From positions 832,001 through 896,000 of the forward strand of contig CAWDVE010000017.1 in NCBI GenBank assembly GCA_963805625.1: DNA of 64,000 nucleotides. The letters are read 5' to 3'. Source of the stretch: an uncultured Candidatus Rokubacteria bacterium (lineage in GTDB: Bacteria; Methylomirabilota; Methylomirabilia; Rokubacteriales; DASRDR01). The notes beneath the pieces are model-generated. The model was given only the letters and a program-made list of their open reading frames with translations. It searched no databases and had not been told where the DNA came from. Position 1 is the stretch's first letter. Every line of letters begins with the position of its first letter. Of the stretch, positions 19,660 to 29,805 are shown one piece after another. The position numbers were made by a program, and so were the translations under genes.

Positions 19660-20534
19660 TGGGCGGGTCGATCGTCGGCGAGCGCGGACTCGCGCGCCGC
19701 ATCCTGGTCTACGGCCTGGTGGGCGCGGTGACGCTCTGGCTCATCGGCCCGTTCATCTGGCTGTTCGTCACCAGCGTGTCGTACCAGAAGAACCTGCTCG
19801 CCCGGCCGTTCTCTCCCATCCCGCCCGAGATCACCTTCGACAACTACCGGATGATCTTCGGGCTGGTGCGCTTCCACGCCGAGGGGCAGGCGGCGAAGAT
19901 CCTGCCCTCCATGCTGAACACCCTGATCGTGGCCACCGTCGTGACGGCGCTGAACCTCGTGGTGGGCACGACCGCCGGGTATGCCTATGCCCGCTTCCGG
20001 TTCCCGTTCAAGGGCGTGTCGCTCTACGCCCTGCTCTTCACCCGCATGCTGCCCACGATCGTCCTCATCCCGGCGTTCTTCCTGATGTTCCGGACGCTGG
20101 GACTCCAGAACTCGCTGACCGGGCTCACGATCGCGTACTGCGCCTTCACCCTCCCCTTCACGATCTGGATCATGAAGGCGTACTTCGAGACGATCTCTGC
20201 CGAGCTCGACCGGAGCGCCCTGGTGGACGGCTGTAACCGTCTCCAGGCTTACTACCGCGTCATCCTGCCGGTCTCGGGGCCCGGGCTGGTGGCGGGCGGC
20301 GCCTTCACCTTCATGCTCTGCTGGAACGAGTTCCTCGTGGCCCAGGTGCTGAACACGAAGCCCGGCACCACGACGCTGCCCCCGGTGATCGCTGCCATGA
20401 ACGCCCAGATCAACATCGACTACTCGGTGATCGCCGCTTCCGGTTTCCTCGGGGCGCTGCCGGCGGTGATCCTCGTCCTCGTCTTCCAGCGATACCTGGT
20501 CCAGGGCCTGACCGCCGGTTCCGTCAAGGGGTAG
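19659..20534 (+). CDS. Carbohydrate ABC transporter permease
   Basis: AGYAYARFRF, LPFTIWIMKAYF..I..ELDRSALVDGC, WNEF, FQRYLVQGLTAGSVKG; ATG overlaps the upstream TGA. Confidence 0.92.
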   Translation: MGGSIVGERGLARRILVYGLVGAVTLWLIGPFIWLFVTSVSYQKNLLARPFSPIPPEITFDNYRMIFGLVRFHAEGQAAKILPSMLNTLIVATVVTALNLVVGTTAGYAYARFRFPFKGVSLYALLFTRMLPTIVLIPAFFLMFRTLGLQNSLTGLTIAYCAFTLPFTIWIMKAYFETISAELDRSALVDGCNRLQAYYRVILPVSGPGLVAGGAFTFMLCWNEFLVAQVLNTKPGTTTLPPVIAAMNAQINIDYSVIAASGFLGALPAVILVLVFQRYLVQGLTAGSVKG

Positions 20535-20629
20535 GCGAGGCGCGCGCGGCGCCGACCGCGCGCCGGGGGCCGTGGCGTTCACGTCGACCCGCGTTGCTGG
20601 GCGCCTCGATCCGGTGATAGATTCCCGCC

Positions 20630-21553
20630 GTGATCCGGTTCGCCGCGCGCCGCTTCGGCTTCATGCTGGTGATCCTTGTGATCAGCAGCGTGATCGTCTT
20701 CGTGGTCGGGCGGCTTGCGCCGGGCGATCCGGTGCAGCTCCTGATGGGCGACCTGCGCGACCCCGTGGTCGAGGCGCGGGTGCGGCACGACCTGGGCCTG
20801 GATCGCCCGCTCTGGGTGCAGTACCTCCGATTCGCCGGGCACGCGCTGCGAGGCGATCTCGGCCAGTCCTACGCGAACCCCGGCCGGTCGGTGAACCGGA
20901 TGGTCGCCGAGGCGCTCCCCGCCACGGCGCGGCTCGCCGCCGTAACGGTGGCGCTCGCAATCCTCCTCGGCGTGCCGCTGGGCGTCCTCTCGGCGGTCGG
21001 GCGGGCGTCCGCGACGGACCTCCTGGCGCGCCTGGTCGCGCTCGGAGGCATGTCGCTGCCGAGCTTCGTGGCCGCGGTGCTCCTGATCCAATGGCTTGCC
21101 CTCGGCTGGCACGTCGTGCCGGTGTCAGGCTGGGGCGAGCCCCGCCACTATGTTCTCCCGGTCCTCGTGCTGCTGGTCCAGCCGCTCGCGTACATCACGC
21201 GGGTCACGCGGGCGGGCGTGCTCCGCGTCCTGCCGGAGGACTACGTGCGCACGGCGCACAGCAAGGGCCTGTCGCCGTGGCGGATCCTGTCGCGGCACGT
21301 GCTGCCGAACGCCGCGATCTCGATCATCACGATCGCCGGGCTGGCCTTCAGCTACGCGCTCACCGGCGCCTTCGTCGTGGAGACGATCTTCCGCATCCCC
21401 GGGCTCGGGCAAGCGGCGATCGGTGCGCTCTTTCTGCGGGACTACCCGATGGTCCAGGCGGTGGCGCTTCTCTACGCGGCGATCTTCATCGGAACCAGCT
21501 TCCTGGTCGATCTCGGCTACGCCTTCATCGATCCCCGAATCCGCTACCGATGA
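20630..21553 (+). CDS. Peptide/nickel ABC transporter permease (OppB/DppB-like)
   Basis: PGDP, LGLDRPLWVQY, GDLGQS, EDYVRTAHSKGL, VVETIF.IPGLG, DPRIR. Confidence 0.92.
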   Translation: MIRFAARRFGFMLVILVISSVIVFVVGRLAPGDPVQLLMGDLRDPVVEARVRHDLGLDRPLWVQYLRFAGHALRGDLGQSYANPGRSVNRMVAEALPATARLAAVTVALAILLGVPLGVLSAVGRASATDLLARLVALGGMSLPSFVAAVLLIQWLALGWHVVPVSGWGEPRHYVLPVLVLLVQPLAYITRVTRAGVLRVLPEDYVRTAHSKGLSPWRILSRHVLPNAAISIITIAGLAFSYALTGAFVVETIFRIPGLGQAAIGALFLRDYPMVQAVALLYAAIFIGTSFLVDLGYAFIDPRIRYR

Positions 21554-22455
21554 CGGGCGGGGCAGAGCCGCTGGCCGACCCCACGCTCGTGCCGGGGATG
21601 CGGCCCGCCGAGCGGCGGCGCGGGCGGCTGCGGCGCGCCCTTCGCCGCGACCAGACGTCGGTGTGGGCGGGGCTGATCCTGGCGCTGGTCGTCGCCGGGA
21701 GCCTGCTCCTGCCGGTGACCCTCCCGTACCGCTACGACCAGCAGAGCCTGGACCACACGTTCGAAGGGCCGACGGCCCGACACTGGCTCGGCACCGACCA
21801 GTACGGCCGCGATCTCCTGACGCGTCTCGCGCATGGCGGCCGCATCTCGCTCGTCGTGGGGGTGGTCACGGTCCTGGCCGAGATCCTCCTGGGCGGGTTC
21901 CTGGGCGGGGTGGCGGGCTACGCCGGCGGGATGCTGGACGAGTGGCTGATGCGCCTGACGGACATGATGCTCGCCTTTCCCGCGCTCCTGCTGGCGCTGC
22001 TCCTCGCCGCCATGCTGGGGCCGGGGACGACGACGGTCGTCGCGGCCCTGACGCTTGCCGGCTGGCCCGCCATGGCCCGCACGGTGCGCGGCGAGATCCT
22101 GAGCCTGAAGGAGTGGGAGTTCGTCGTCGCGGCCCGGGCGCAGGGGGCGAGCGCCGGCCGCGTCCTCCTGCGGCACCTCCTGCTTAACACCGTGCACCTG
22201 ATCGTTGTCCGCGCAACGCTCGACATCGGGCCGATCATTCTGAGCGAGGCGACGCTCAGCTTCCTCGGCCTCGGCGTGCAGCGGCCGACGCCGTCGTGGG
22301 GCGTCCTGATCGCGGATTCGTTCCAGCACCTCCAGAGCGCGCCCGCCCTGGCCATCGTCCCTTGCGTCGCCCTGTCGGTCACCATCCTGGCCCTCAACTT
22401 CGTCGGTGAGGGAGCGGCCGAGGCGATGGATCCCAGCATGCGCGGGGCACCTTGA
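21550..22455 (+). CDS. Peptide/nickel ABC transporter permease (OppC/DppC-like)
   Basis: HWLGTDQYGRD, GRISL, EFVVAARAQGA, LSFLGLG..P.PSWG. Confidence 0.92.
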   Translation: MTGGAEPLADPTLVPGMRPAERRRGRLRRALRRDQTSVWAGLILALVVAGSLLLPVTLPYRYDQQSLDHTFEGPTARHWLGTDQYGRDLLTRLAHGGRISLVVGVVTVLAEILLGGFLGGVAGYAGGMLDEWLMRLTDMMLAFPALLLALLLAAMLGPGTTTVVAALTLAGWPAMARTVRGEILSLKEWEFVVAARAQGASAGRVLLRHLLLNTVHLIVVRATLDIGPIILSEATLSFLGLGVQRPTPSWGVLIADSFQHLQSAPALAIVPCVALSVTILALNFVGEGAAEAMDPSMRGAP

Positions 22456-22564
22456 CGCCACCGGGCGGCTGACCGATTCTGACTCGGATGCCGGTCCCCG
22501 GTCGGCGATCGGGACCTAGCGGGCTGACATGACGGTTGCGCAACGTACTGACCGGAGGATCACG

Positions 22565-24166
22565 ATGCCACGTCACGGACTTGGATTTCTCGCTGTGCTG
22601 GCGGCCGCGGCCGTTCTCTGCGTCGCGGTCGCGCCGGCCGGCGCTCAGGCTCCCACCGCGTTCCGCTCGGCCCTCTTGGGGGAGCCGCCGCACATCGATC
22701 CGCAGCGCATGGCGGACTTCGGCTCCTTCACGGTTACGAGCCAGATCTACTCGACGCTCACGATCCTCAACGACAAGCTGCAGATAGTCCCGTACGCGGC
22801 CGAGAAGTGGACGGTGTCCCCTGACGGGCTCACGTGGACCTTCAAGCTGCGCGACAACCTCGTGTTCCACAACGGCCGCAAGGCGGACGCCAACGACGTC
22901 AAGTACTCGGTGACGCGGCTCGCCTCGCCGGATTCGCGCTCGCCGAGCTCCTTCCTCCTTCTGTCGGACGTCGTCGGCTTCGAGGCGGTGAACAAGCATC
23001 AGGAGAAGGACCTGGCCGGCGTCCGCGTGATCGACCCCCTGACCGTCGAGATCCGGCTCCAGTCTCCGCCGAAGGGCGACCTGGCGACGCGCCTCTCGCA
23101 CATCTCGACGGCCATCATCGCGCGCGAGGCGGTGGAGGCCGGCGGGCCGAACTGGGCCGAGGCCCAGCCGATCGGGACGGGTCCCTGGAAGCTCAAGGAG
23201 TGGGCCCACCGCTCGAAGGTCGTATACGACGCGTTCCCCCAGTTCTTCGAGGGGAAGCCGAAGGTCGACCGGCTGGAGATGCCGATCGTGCAAGAGCCGG
23301 CGACGCAGCTGGCGATGTACCAGAACGGCGAGCTGGACGTGGTGCTGGTTCCGCTGGGGGACTACCCGCGGCTCAAGGCCGACCCCAGGTGGGGCAAGGA
23401 GATGAAGGTGTGGGACCGCACGCAGGTGCAGTTCCTCGCCCTCAACCCGCGGGTCTACGCGCCGTTCAAGGACGTCCGCGTCCGTCAGGCGTTCGCCCAG
23501 GCGATCGACAAGCAGAAGGTGATCAACCAGGTGTTCCACGGGCTCTACATCCCGGCGGCCGGGATGCTCCCGCCCGGCATTCCCGGGTATGACGCTCAGC
23601 TGAAGGCGCTCCCGTACGATCCCGCCCGGGCCAAGCAGCTCCTGGCTGACGCGGGCTTCCCGGATGGCAAGGGGCTGCCGCCCCTGACCATGACGGTCAA
23701 CCCGGTGACGGCTGACTACCGGATGATGACCGAGCCGATCGCCGCCATGCTGAAGGATACGCTCGGGGTCAGCATCGAAGTGCAGATGCAGGAGTTCGCG
23801 AGCTACACCGCGGCGATGAACCGCCGCGACGTGCTGCCGTCGTTCATGACCGGGTGGAGCGCGAGCACGCTCGACGCCGGGTACTTCCACGAGCTGTGGC
23901 TCTACAGCAAGTCGCCGCTGAATCGCGTGAACTACGAGAGCGCGGCGTTCGACCGGCTCATCGAGCAGACCAACGGGGCGCCCGACCGGGCCCGGCGCAT
24001 CGCCTTCATCAAGCAGGCCGACGAGCTCATCACGAAGGACGTGCCGCTCATCCCGATCATGTACACGCGGTTCGTGTATCTGATCAGCCCGCGGGTGAGG
24101 GGCCTCGAGTCGGTGCCGCTGGGCCTCGGCTTCGGCCCGTTCCGGGCCGTCGAGATCGCGCGCTAG
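22565..24166 (+). CDS. Peptide/nickel ABC transporter substrate-binding protein (family 5)
   Basis: Signal peptide; W.VSPDGLTWTFKLR...FHNG, GTGPWKL, DVRVRQA, YDPARAKQLLADAG. Confidence 0.92.
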   Translation: MPRHGLGFLAVLAAAAVLCVAVAPAGAQAPTAFRSALLGEPPHIDPQRMADFGSFTVTSQIYSTLTILNDKLQIVPYAAEKWTVSPDGLTWTFKLRDNLVFHNGRKADANDVKYSVTRLASPDSRSPSSFLLLSDVVGFEAVNKHQEKDLAGVRVIDPLTVEIRLQSPPKGDLATRLSHISTAIIAREAVEAGGPNWAEAQPIGTGPWKLKEWAHRSKVVYDAFPQFFEGKPKVDRLEMPIVQEPATQLAMYQNGELDVVLVPLGDYPRLKADPRWGKEMKVWDRTQVQFLALNPRVYAPFKDVRVRQAFAQAIDKQKVINQVFHGLYIPAAGMLPPGIPGYDAQLKALPYDPARAKQLLADAGFPDGKGLPPLTMTVNPVTADYRMMTEPIAAMLKDTLGVSIEVQMQEFASYTAAMNRRDVLPSFMTGWSASTLDAGYFHELWLYSKSPLNRVNYESAAFDRLIEQTNGAPDRARRIAFIKQADELITKDVPLIPIMYTRFVYLISPRVRGLESVPLGLGFGPFRAVEIAR

Positions 24167-24191
24167 GGCGAAGAGGGGAGAGGAGACGGCG

Positions 24192-24884
24192 ATGGCGATC
24201 TGGGACGATGTCATTCCCCGCGCCGAGCAGCAGATCTACGAGGATGGCGGGTGGGGCGGCCGGGTCGGCTTCGGGCAGCGCCCGGCCCTTCTGGTCGTGG
24301 ACATGTACACGGCCTTCGTGGACCCTGCGTACCCGTTCGCGAGCCCCGGCGCCCGGGACTCGGCGCGGGTGATCGCGCGGCTCCTCGACGCCGCCCGGGC
24401 GGGCGGCGCGCCCGTCTTCTACACACGCGGCGAGCGGGCGACGTGGCCGATCGAGCGCGGGCGCTGGAAGACCCGGGGCGTCTTCCGGCCGATCATGGAG
24501 CGTCCCGAGGCCTACCAGATTGTGCCCGAGCTGGCGCCGCGGCCCGACGAGCCCGTGATCGTCAAGGCGTTCCCGAGCGGGTTCGTGGGTACCAATCTCC
24601 TCGCGTACCTCGTCTACCACGGCATCGACACGCTCATCGTGACGGGCGCCGTCACGAGCGGCTGCGTCCGCGACACCGTGCTGGACGCCTTCAACCACAA
24701 CTACCGCGTGATCGTGCCCGTGGAGGCTGTCTGTGACCGGGGGGCGACGTCCCACAAGGTGACGCTCTTCGACATACACATGAAGTACGGCGACGTGGTG
24801 CCCCAGGCGGAGGTGCTCGACTACCTGAAGACAGTCCGCTCCGGCGAGGCGACCCCCGCCCTCGAGGAAGCCGCCACGCGCTGA
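24192..24884 (+). CDS. Isochorismatase-family cysteine hydrolase (N-carbamoylsarcosine/maleamate amidase-like)
   Basis: GFGQRPALLVVD (Asp), IVK..PSGF (Lys), TGAVTSGCVR.T (Cys) triad; KYGDV. Confidence 0.9.
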   Translation: MAIWDDVIPRAEQQIYEDGGWGGRVGFGQRPALLVVDMYTAFVDPAYPFASPGARDSARVIARLLDAARAGGAPVFYTRGERATWPIERGRWKTRGVFRPIMERPEAYQIVPELAPRPDEPVIVKAFPSGFVGTNLLAYLVYHGIDTLIVTGAVTSGCVRDTVLDAFNHNYRVIVPVEAVCDRGATSHKVTLFDIHMKYGDVVPQAEVLDYLKTVRSGEATPALEEAATR

Positions 24885-24979
24885 CCGGTGCGCTGGTGCC
24901 TGCCCGGTCGCTCCGCGCCGGCCCGACGGACGCCGCCGCCGTCGGCCGGTAGCCTCCGGACGCCCGGGCGCGGCGGGAG

Positions 24980-25945
24980 TCACGGGCCGCCGTCGCGCCC
25001 GATCACCTCCTGAAGCCGCGTGAAGTCCACGTTCCCGCCGCTCAGGACCGCCACGACCTTCCGGCCGCTGTGCCATTCGGCCCGGCCGGCGAGGAGGGCA
25101 GCGACTCCCGCGGCTCCCGCTCCCTCGACCAGGAGCTTTCCCCGCTCCAGCAGGCCACGCATCGCACCCTGTATCTCCTCGTCGGACACGGCGACGAGGT
25201 CGTCGACGTATCGCCGCACGGTCTCCACCACCAGATCGCTCGTCGTCGGTGACGCCAGACCGTCGGCGATGCTCGGCGTGCGCGTGAGCCGAAGCGGCCT
25301 GCCGGCCGCGACCGACTCGTGGAGCAGCCTCCCCGACGCGCACTCCACGCCGACCACCCGCACGGCCGGGCGGTGGAGCTTGATCGCGGTGACGATGCCC
25401 GAGATCAGCGTGCCCCCGCCGACCGGCACCACCACCGTCTCCACGTCCGGGAGGTCTTCGAGGATCTCGCTGCCGATCGATCCGTAACCGGCGATGAGGG
25501 CTTCGTCGGCCCAGGGATCGATGACGACCGCGCGGTGCCGGGCCCGCAGGTCCTCGACGCGATCGAACCAGGTCCGGGGGTCCGGATGCAGGACGACCTC
25601 GGCGCCGTAGTCCCGCACCGCCTGGATCTTGGCGGCGGAGGCCGTCTCGAGCATCACGACCCAGCAGTGCACGCCCGCCTGACGCGCGGCATAGGCCACG
25701 CCCTGGGCCAGGTTCCCCGCGGACATGACGATGACTCCCCGGCGCTTCTCCTCGGCGCCGAGCTGCGCGATCCGATTCAGCCCGCCGCGCGGCTTGTAGG
25801 AGCCCGTCTTCTGGAGGTTCTCGCACTTCACATGAAGCTCGACGCCGCATCGGGCTCCGAGGCTGGCCACCGACAGGATGGGCGTCCGATGCACGTGCCG
25901 GCCGATCATGGTCCTCGCCTGGTCCAGCTGATCGCGGGTGATCAT
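24980..25945 (-). CDS. PLP-dependent threonine/serine dehydratase (catabolic type, no regulatory domain)
   Basis: KCENLQKTGSYKPRG PLP-lysine motif, SAGNLAQG, VPVGGG.LISG, IADGL, LSGGNVD. Confidence 0.9.
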   Translation of the reverse strand: MITRDQLDQARTMIGRHVHRTPILSVASLGARCGVELHVKCENLQKTGSYKPRGGLNRIAQLGAEEKRRGVIVMSAGNLAQGVAYAARQAGVHCWVVMLETASAAKIQAVRDYGAEVVLHPDPRTWFDRVEDLRARHRAVVIDPWADEALIAGYGSIGSEILEDLPDVETVVVPVGGGTLISGIVTAIKLHRPAVRVVGVECASGRLLHESVAAGRPLRLTRTPSIADGLASPTTSDLVVETVRRYVDDLVAVSDEEIQGAMRGLLERGKLLVEGAGAAGVAALLAGRAEWHSGRKVVAVLSGGNVDFTRLQEVIGRDGGP

Positions 25946-26072
25946 GTCAGCTCTCCCGGACGCTCGTCGCTCACGGCCATGATCCTACGAGGGGGATGGA
26001 CGCGCCAGAGCTGCCCGGCCAGCCGTGGCCGCCTGGCGCCGGCGCGCCGCCATCGGACCCCCGGGGCGCGGC

Positions 26073-26101
26073 TTGACAGGCTGTCGGGCCGCCCCGATCA
26101 T
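26073..26101 (+). promoter_or_regulatory. Putative sigma-70 promoter of the dpp-like operon
   Basis: TTGACA (26073-26078), 17-nt spacer, GATCAT (26096-26101); the palindrome GACAG-G-CTGTC overlaps the -35 box. Confidence 0.35.
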
Positions 26102-26182
26102 GCGTCAAATGCCCGGGCCCGGATCCCCATCGCGCCACGCATGGCACCTCGATGGGGCCGGAGCCACCGAAAGGAGCCTTGC

Positions 26183-27760
26183 ATGAGGAGAATCGCCTGG
26201 TTGCTCGCGGCGACGGTCCTGGTCGCCGCTCCCGCCCTGGCGGCGACGCCCAAGGACACGGTCGTCATGGCCAAGCAGATCGACGACATCATCTCGCTGG
26301 ACCCCGCCGAGTCGTTCGAGTTCTCGGGCAGCGAGGCGGTCGGCAACATCTACGAGCGGCTCATCACCTACGACCTCCAGGACGTCAGCAAGCTCAAGGG
26401 CGAGCTGGCAGAGAGCTGGTCGGCCGGTGCAGACGGCAAGACCTACACGTTCAAGATGCGAAAGGGCATCAAGTTCGCCTCCGGCAACCCGGTGACGGCC
26501 CAGGATGCGGCTTACTCGCTCCAGCGGGCCGTGATCATGAACAAGACCCCGGGATTCATCCTGACCCAGTTCGGCTTCACGAAGGAAAACGCCAAGGAGA
26601 AGATCCGGGCGACCGACGACCAGACCCTCGTCATCGAGACGGGCGAGCAGGTGGCGCCCACCTTCTTCTACTACTGCCTGACGGCGGTCATCGGCGGGAT
26701 CGTCGACATGAAGACGGTCCAGGCCCACGAGAAGGACGGCGACTTCGGGAACGAGTGGCTCAAGACCAACTCGGCCGGCTCGGGCCCGTTCAAGCTCGTG
26801 AGCTGGAAGGCGAACGATCGCTATGTCCTCGAGCGGAACGACGGCTACCACGGGGCCAAAGCCCTGCCAAAGCGGGTCGTCGTGCAACACGTCGCGGAGG
26901 CGGCCAGCCAGCGGCTCCTCCTCGAGAAGGGGGATATCGACTACGCCCGCAACCTGACCAAGGATCAGCTCGACGCCATCAAGGGCAATCCCAACATCGT
27001 GACCCAGCAGGCTCGGAAGGGCTCAATCTGGTACATCAGCGTGAACCAGAAGAACCCGAACCTCGCCAAGCCCGAAGTGCGGGAGGCGCTGAAGTGGCTG
27101 GTCGACTACGCCGGCATCGAGGAGAACATCCTGCGCGGGAGCTACGTCGTCCACCAGGCGTTCCTGCCCAAGGGCTTCCTTGGCGCCATCGACGACAAGC
27201 CCTACAAGTTCGACCTGGCCAAGGCCAAAGCGCTCCTGGCCAAGGCTGGCCTGCCTGATGGGTTCAGCGTGACGATGGATGTCCGCAACACCTCGCCGAA
27301 CACCGACATCGCCCAGGCGGTCCAAGCGAGCTGGGCCAAGGCGGGGATCAAGCTCGAGCTGCTCCCGGGCGACGGTAAGCAGGTCATCACGAAATACCGC
27401 GCGCGCAACCACGACGTGATGCTTCTCCAGTGGGGGCCGGACTACCAGGATCCCCACAGTAATGCCGAAACGTTCGCGATGAACGTGGACAACACAGACG
27501 CCTCGAAGTCGAAGACGCTGGCCTGGCGGAACAGCTGGGACATCCCGGACATGACCAGGCAGACGGCAGCGGCGGTGAAGGAGCGGGACGCCAAGAAGCG
27601 CGAAGCCATGTACCAGCAGATCCAGAGGGAGCACCAGAAGACGTCACCGTTCATCATCATGTTCCAGGAGATCGAGGTCACGGCCCACGGCAAGGGCGTG
27701 GATGGCTTCGTCATCGGTCCGAGCTTCGAGAACAACCTCTATGCTGGAATCAAGAAGTAG
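26183..27760 (+). CDS. Dipeptide-type ABC transporter substrate-binding protein (DppA/DdpA-like)
   Basis: AAGGAG RBS; signal peptide; SLDPAE, FASGNPVTA.D, GSGPFKL..W, WGPDY.DP. Confidence 0.92.
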   Translation: MRRIAWLLAATVLVAAPALAATPKDTVVMAKQIDDIISLDPAESFEFSGSEAVGNIYERLITYDLQDVSKLKGELAESWSAGADGKTYTFKMRKGIKFASGNPVTAQDAAYSLQRAVIMNKTPGFILTQFGFTKENAKEKIRATDDQTLVIETGEQVAPTFFYYCLTAVIGGIVDMKTVQAHEKDGDFGNEWLKTNSAGSGPFKLVSWKANDRYVLERNDGYHGAKALPKRVVVQHVAEAASQRLLLEKGDIDYARNLTKDQLDAIKGNPNIVTQQARKGSIWYISVNQKNPNLAKPEVREALKWLVDYAGIEENILRGSYVVHQAFLPKGFLGAIDDKPYKFDLAKAKALLAKAGLPDGFSVTMDVRNTSPNTDIAQAVQASWAKAGIKLELLPGDGKQVITKYRARNHDVMLLQWGPDYQDPHSNAETFAMNVDNTDASKSKTLAWRNSWDIPDMTRQTAAAVKERDAKKREAMYQQIQREHQKTSPFIIMFQEIEVTAHGKGVDGFVIGPSFENNLYAGIKK

Positions 27761-27786
27761 CTGACGCCGCGGACGATCGCCGACAG

Positions 27787-28854
27787 GTGACCGGCGCGCC
27801 GGCCCGGACGCCTCTCCCGGGAGCGAGGGCGACCTCGCTCCCGGTTCGCGTCCTGTGGCAGGTCACGCGGATCGCCGGGACGGTCGCGCTCACCTTCCTC
27901 GGCCTCCTGCTCGTCACCTTCCTGATCGGACGCGTCGTCCCGATCGATCCGGTTCTCGCGGCGGTAGGGGACCGCGCGCCGGCCGAGGTCTACGAGCGAG
28001 TCAAGCGGGAGCTCGGCCTCGACCTCCCGCTCTGGCAGCAGTTCTGGCTGTACCTCAGGAAGGTGCTCGCTGGTGACTTCGGGCGGTCGGTCCTGACCTC
28101 GAACCCGGTCCTCGTCGACATCCGGCGGTTCTTCCCGGCCACCCTGGAGCTGGCGACGGTGGCGACGCTGATCGGCGTGACACTCGGCATCCCCATGGGA
28201 GTCCTCGCCGCCGTGCGACGCGGCCGGTGGGCGGACCAGGTGATCCGGGTTGTGAGTCTCCTCGGCTACTCGGTTCCAGTGTTCTGGCTCGGGCTCATGG
28301 GTCTGCTCCTCTTCTACGCGCGGCTCGAGTGGGCGGCCGGCCCGGGTCGGCTCGACGTGGCCTTCGACGACATCGTCCCGACCGTCAGTGGGGTGATTCT
28401 GCTCGATTCGGCCCTAGCGGGTGAGTGGGAGGTGTTCGGGAACGCGCTTCGCCACGTGATCCTGCCGGCGTCGATCCTGGGCTACTTTTCTTTGGCCTAC
28501 CTCGCCCGGATGACGCGCAGCTTCATGCTGGCCGAGCTCGGGCAGGAGTACATCACCACGGCCCGGATCAAGGGGCTCTCCGAGCGGCGGATCGTGTGGC
28601 GTCACGCCCTCGGCAACGTGCTGGTGCCGCTCATCACGGTCGTGGCGCTCGCGTACGCGAACCTGCTTGAGGGCTCGGTGCTGACGGAGACCGTATTCGC
28701 CTGGCCGGGGCTCGGGCAGTACATCACGAGCTCGCTCTTGAGCGCCGACATGAACGCCGTCCTGGGAGGCACGATCGTCGTGGGGACGGTCTTTATCGGC
28801 CTGAACCTTTTCTCCGATCTTCTCTACCGGCTCGTGGATCCCCGCGCCCGATGA
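27787..28854 (+). CDS. Dipeptide ABC transporter permease (DppB-like)
   Basis: PIDPV, LGLDLPL, FPATLEL, EYITTARIKGL, TETVFAWPGLG. Confidence 0.92.
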   Translation: MTGAPARTPLPGARATSLPVRVLWQVTRIAGTVALTFLGLLLVTFLIGRVVPIDPVLAAVGDRAPAEVYERVKRELGLDLPLWQQFWLYLRKVLAGDFGRSVLTSNPVLVDIRRFFPATLELATVATLIGVTLGIPMGVLAAVRRGRWADQVIRVVSLLGYSVPVFWLGLMGLLLFYARLEWAAGPGRLDVAFDDIVPTVSGVILLDSALAGEWEVFGNALRHVILPASILGYFSLAYLARMTRSFMLAELGQEYITTARIKGLSERRIVWRHALGNVLVPLITVVALAYANLLEGSVLTETVFAWPGLGQYITSSLLSADMNAVLGGTIVVGTVFIGLNLFSDLLYRLVDPRAR

Positions 28855-29774
28855 CGCCGGCCAGCCGGCTCGAGGCTCTTCGGCAGCGTCGACGATGGCT
28901 TCTCGCGGAGACGCCGGCGTCCCGGACCCAGGCGCGGCTCGGCCAGGCGTACGTCGGCTGGCTCGGCTTCCGCGCGAATCCACTGGCGATGGCCGGTCTC
29001 GCGGTCCTGATCGCCCTGGTGCTGATCGCGCTCTTCACCCCGCTCCTGACCAGCCAGTCGCCGGTGACCCAGGACCTGGGGCAGCGCCTCCAGCCCCCGA
29101 GTGCCCGGTACTGGTTCGGGACGGACGAGCTCGGGCGGGACATCTACACGAGGGTGCTCTACGGGTCGCGCATCACGCTGGTGATCGTCGGGCTGGTCGT
29201 CGTGATGGTCGCCCCCACCGGTCTCCTCATCGGCACCGCCGCCGGCTACCTCGGGGGCTGGGTCGACACGGTCCTCATGCGGGTGACCGACGTCTTCCTC
29301 GCCTTCCCGCGGCTCATCCTCGCCTTGGCGTTCGTCTCGGCCCTCGGCCCGGGTATCGAGAACGCGATCATCGCCATCGCCTGCACGGCCTGGCCGCCGT
29401 ATGCGCGCGTGGCGCGGGCGGAGACGCTGACGATCCGGCGGAGCGACTTCATCGCGGCCATTCGCCTCCAGGGCGCCGGCCCGCTTCGCATCGTGCTGGG
29501 CCACGTCGTGCCGCTCTGCACCTCGTCGCTGATCGTCCGCGTCGGCTTCGACATGGGCGGCATCATCCTGACCGCCGCTGGTCTCGGCTTCCTCGGGCTG
29601 GGCGCTCAGCCGCCCGCTCCCGAGTGGGGCGCGATGATCGCGTCGGGGCGGCGGTTCCTCCTCGACCAGTGGTGGGTGGCCACGGTCCCCGGGATCGCCA
29701 TCCTGGTCGTGAGCCTCGGCTTCAACCTCCTCGGGGACGGCCTCCGGGATGTCCTCGATCCGAAGGTGGGATGA
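28851..29774 (+). CDS. Dipeptide ABC transporter permease (DppC-like)
   Basis: FGTDELGRDI, WPPYAR.ARAE, LGFLGLGAQPP.PEWG, FNLLGDGLRDVLDP. Confidence 0.92.
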   Translation: MTPASRLEALRQRRRWLLAETPASRTQARLGQAYVGWLGFRANPLAMAGLAVLIALVLIALFTPLLTSQSPVTQDLGQRLQPPSARYWFGTDELGRDIYTRVLYGSRITLVIVGLVVVMVAPTGLLIGTAAGYLGGWVDTVLMRVTDVFLAFPRLILALAFVSALGPGIENAIIAIACTAWPPYARVARAETLTIRRSDFIAAIRLQGAGPLRIVLGHVVPLCTSSLIVRVGFDMGGIILTAAGLGFLGLGAQPPAPEWGAMIASGRRFLLDQWWVATVPGIAILVVSLGFNLLGDGLRDVLDPKVG

Positions 29775-29805
29775 GAGCCGTGAGCCAATCCCTTCGCCGA
29801 CCCGG

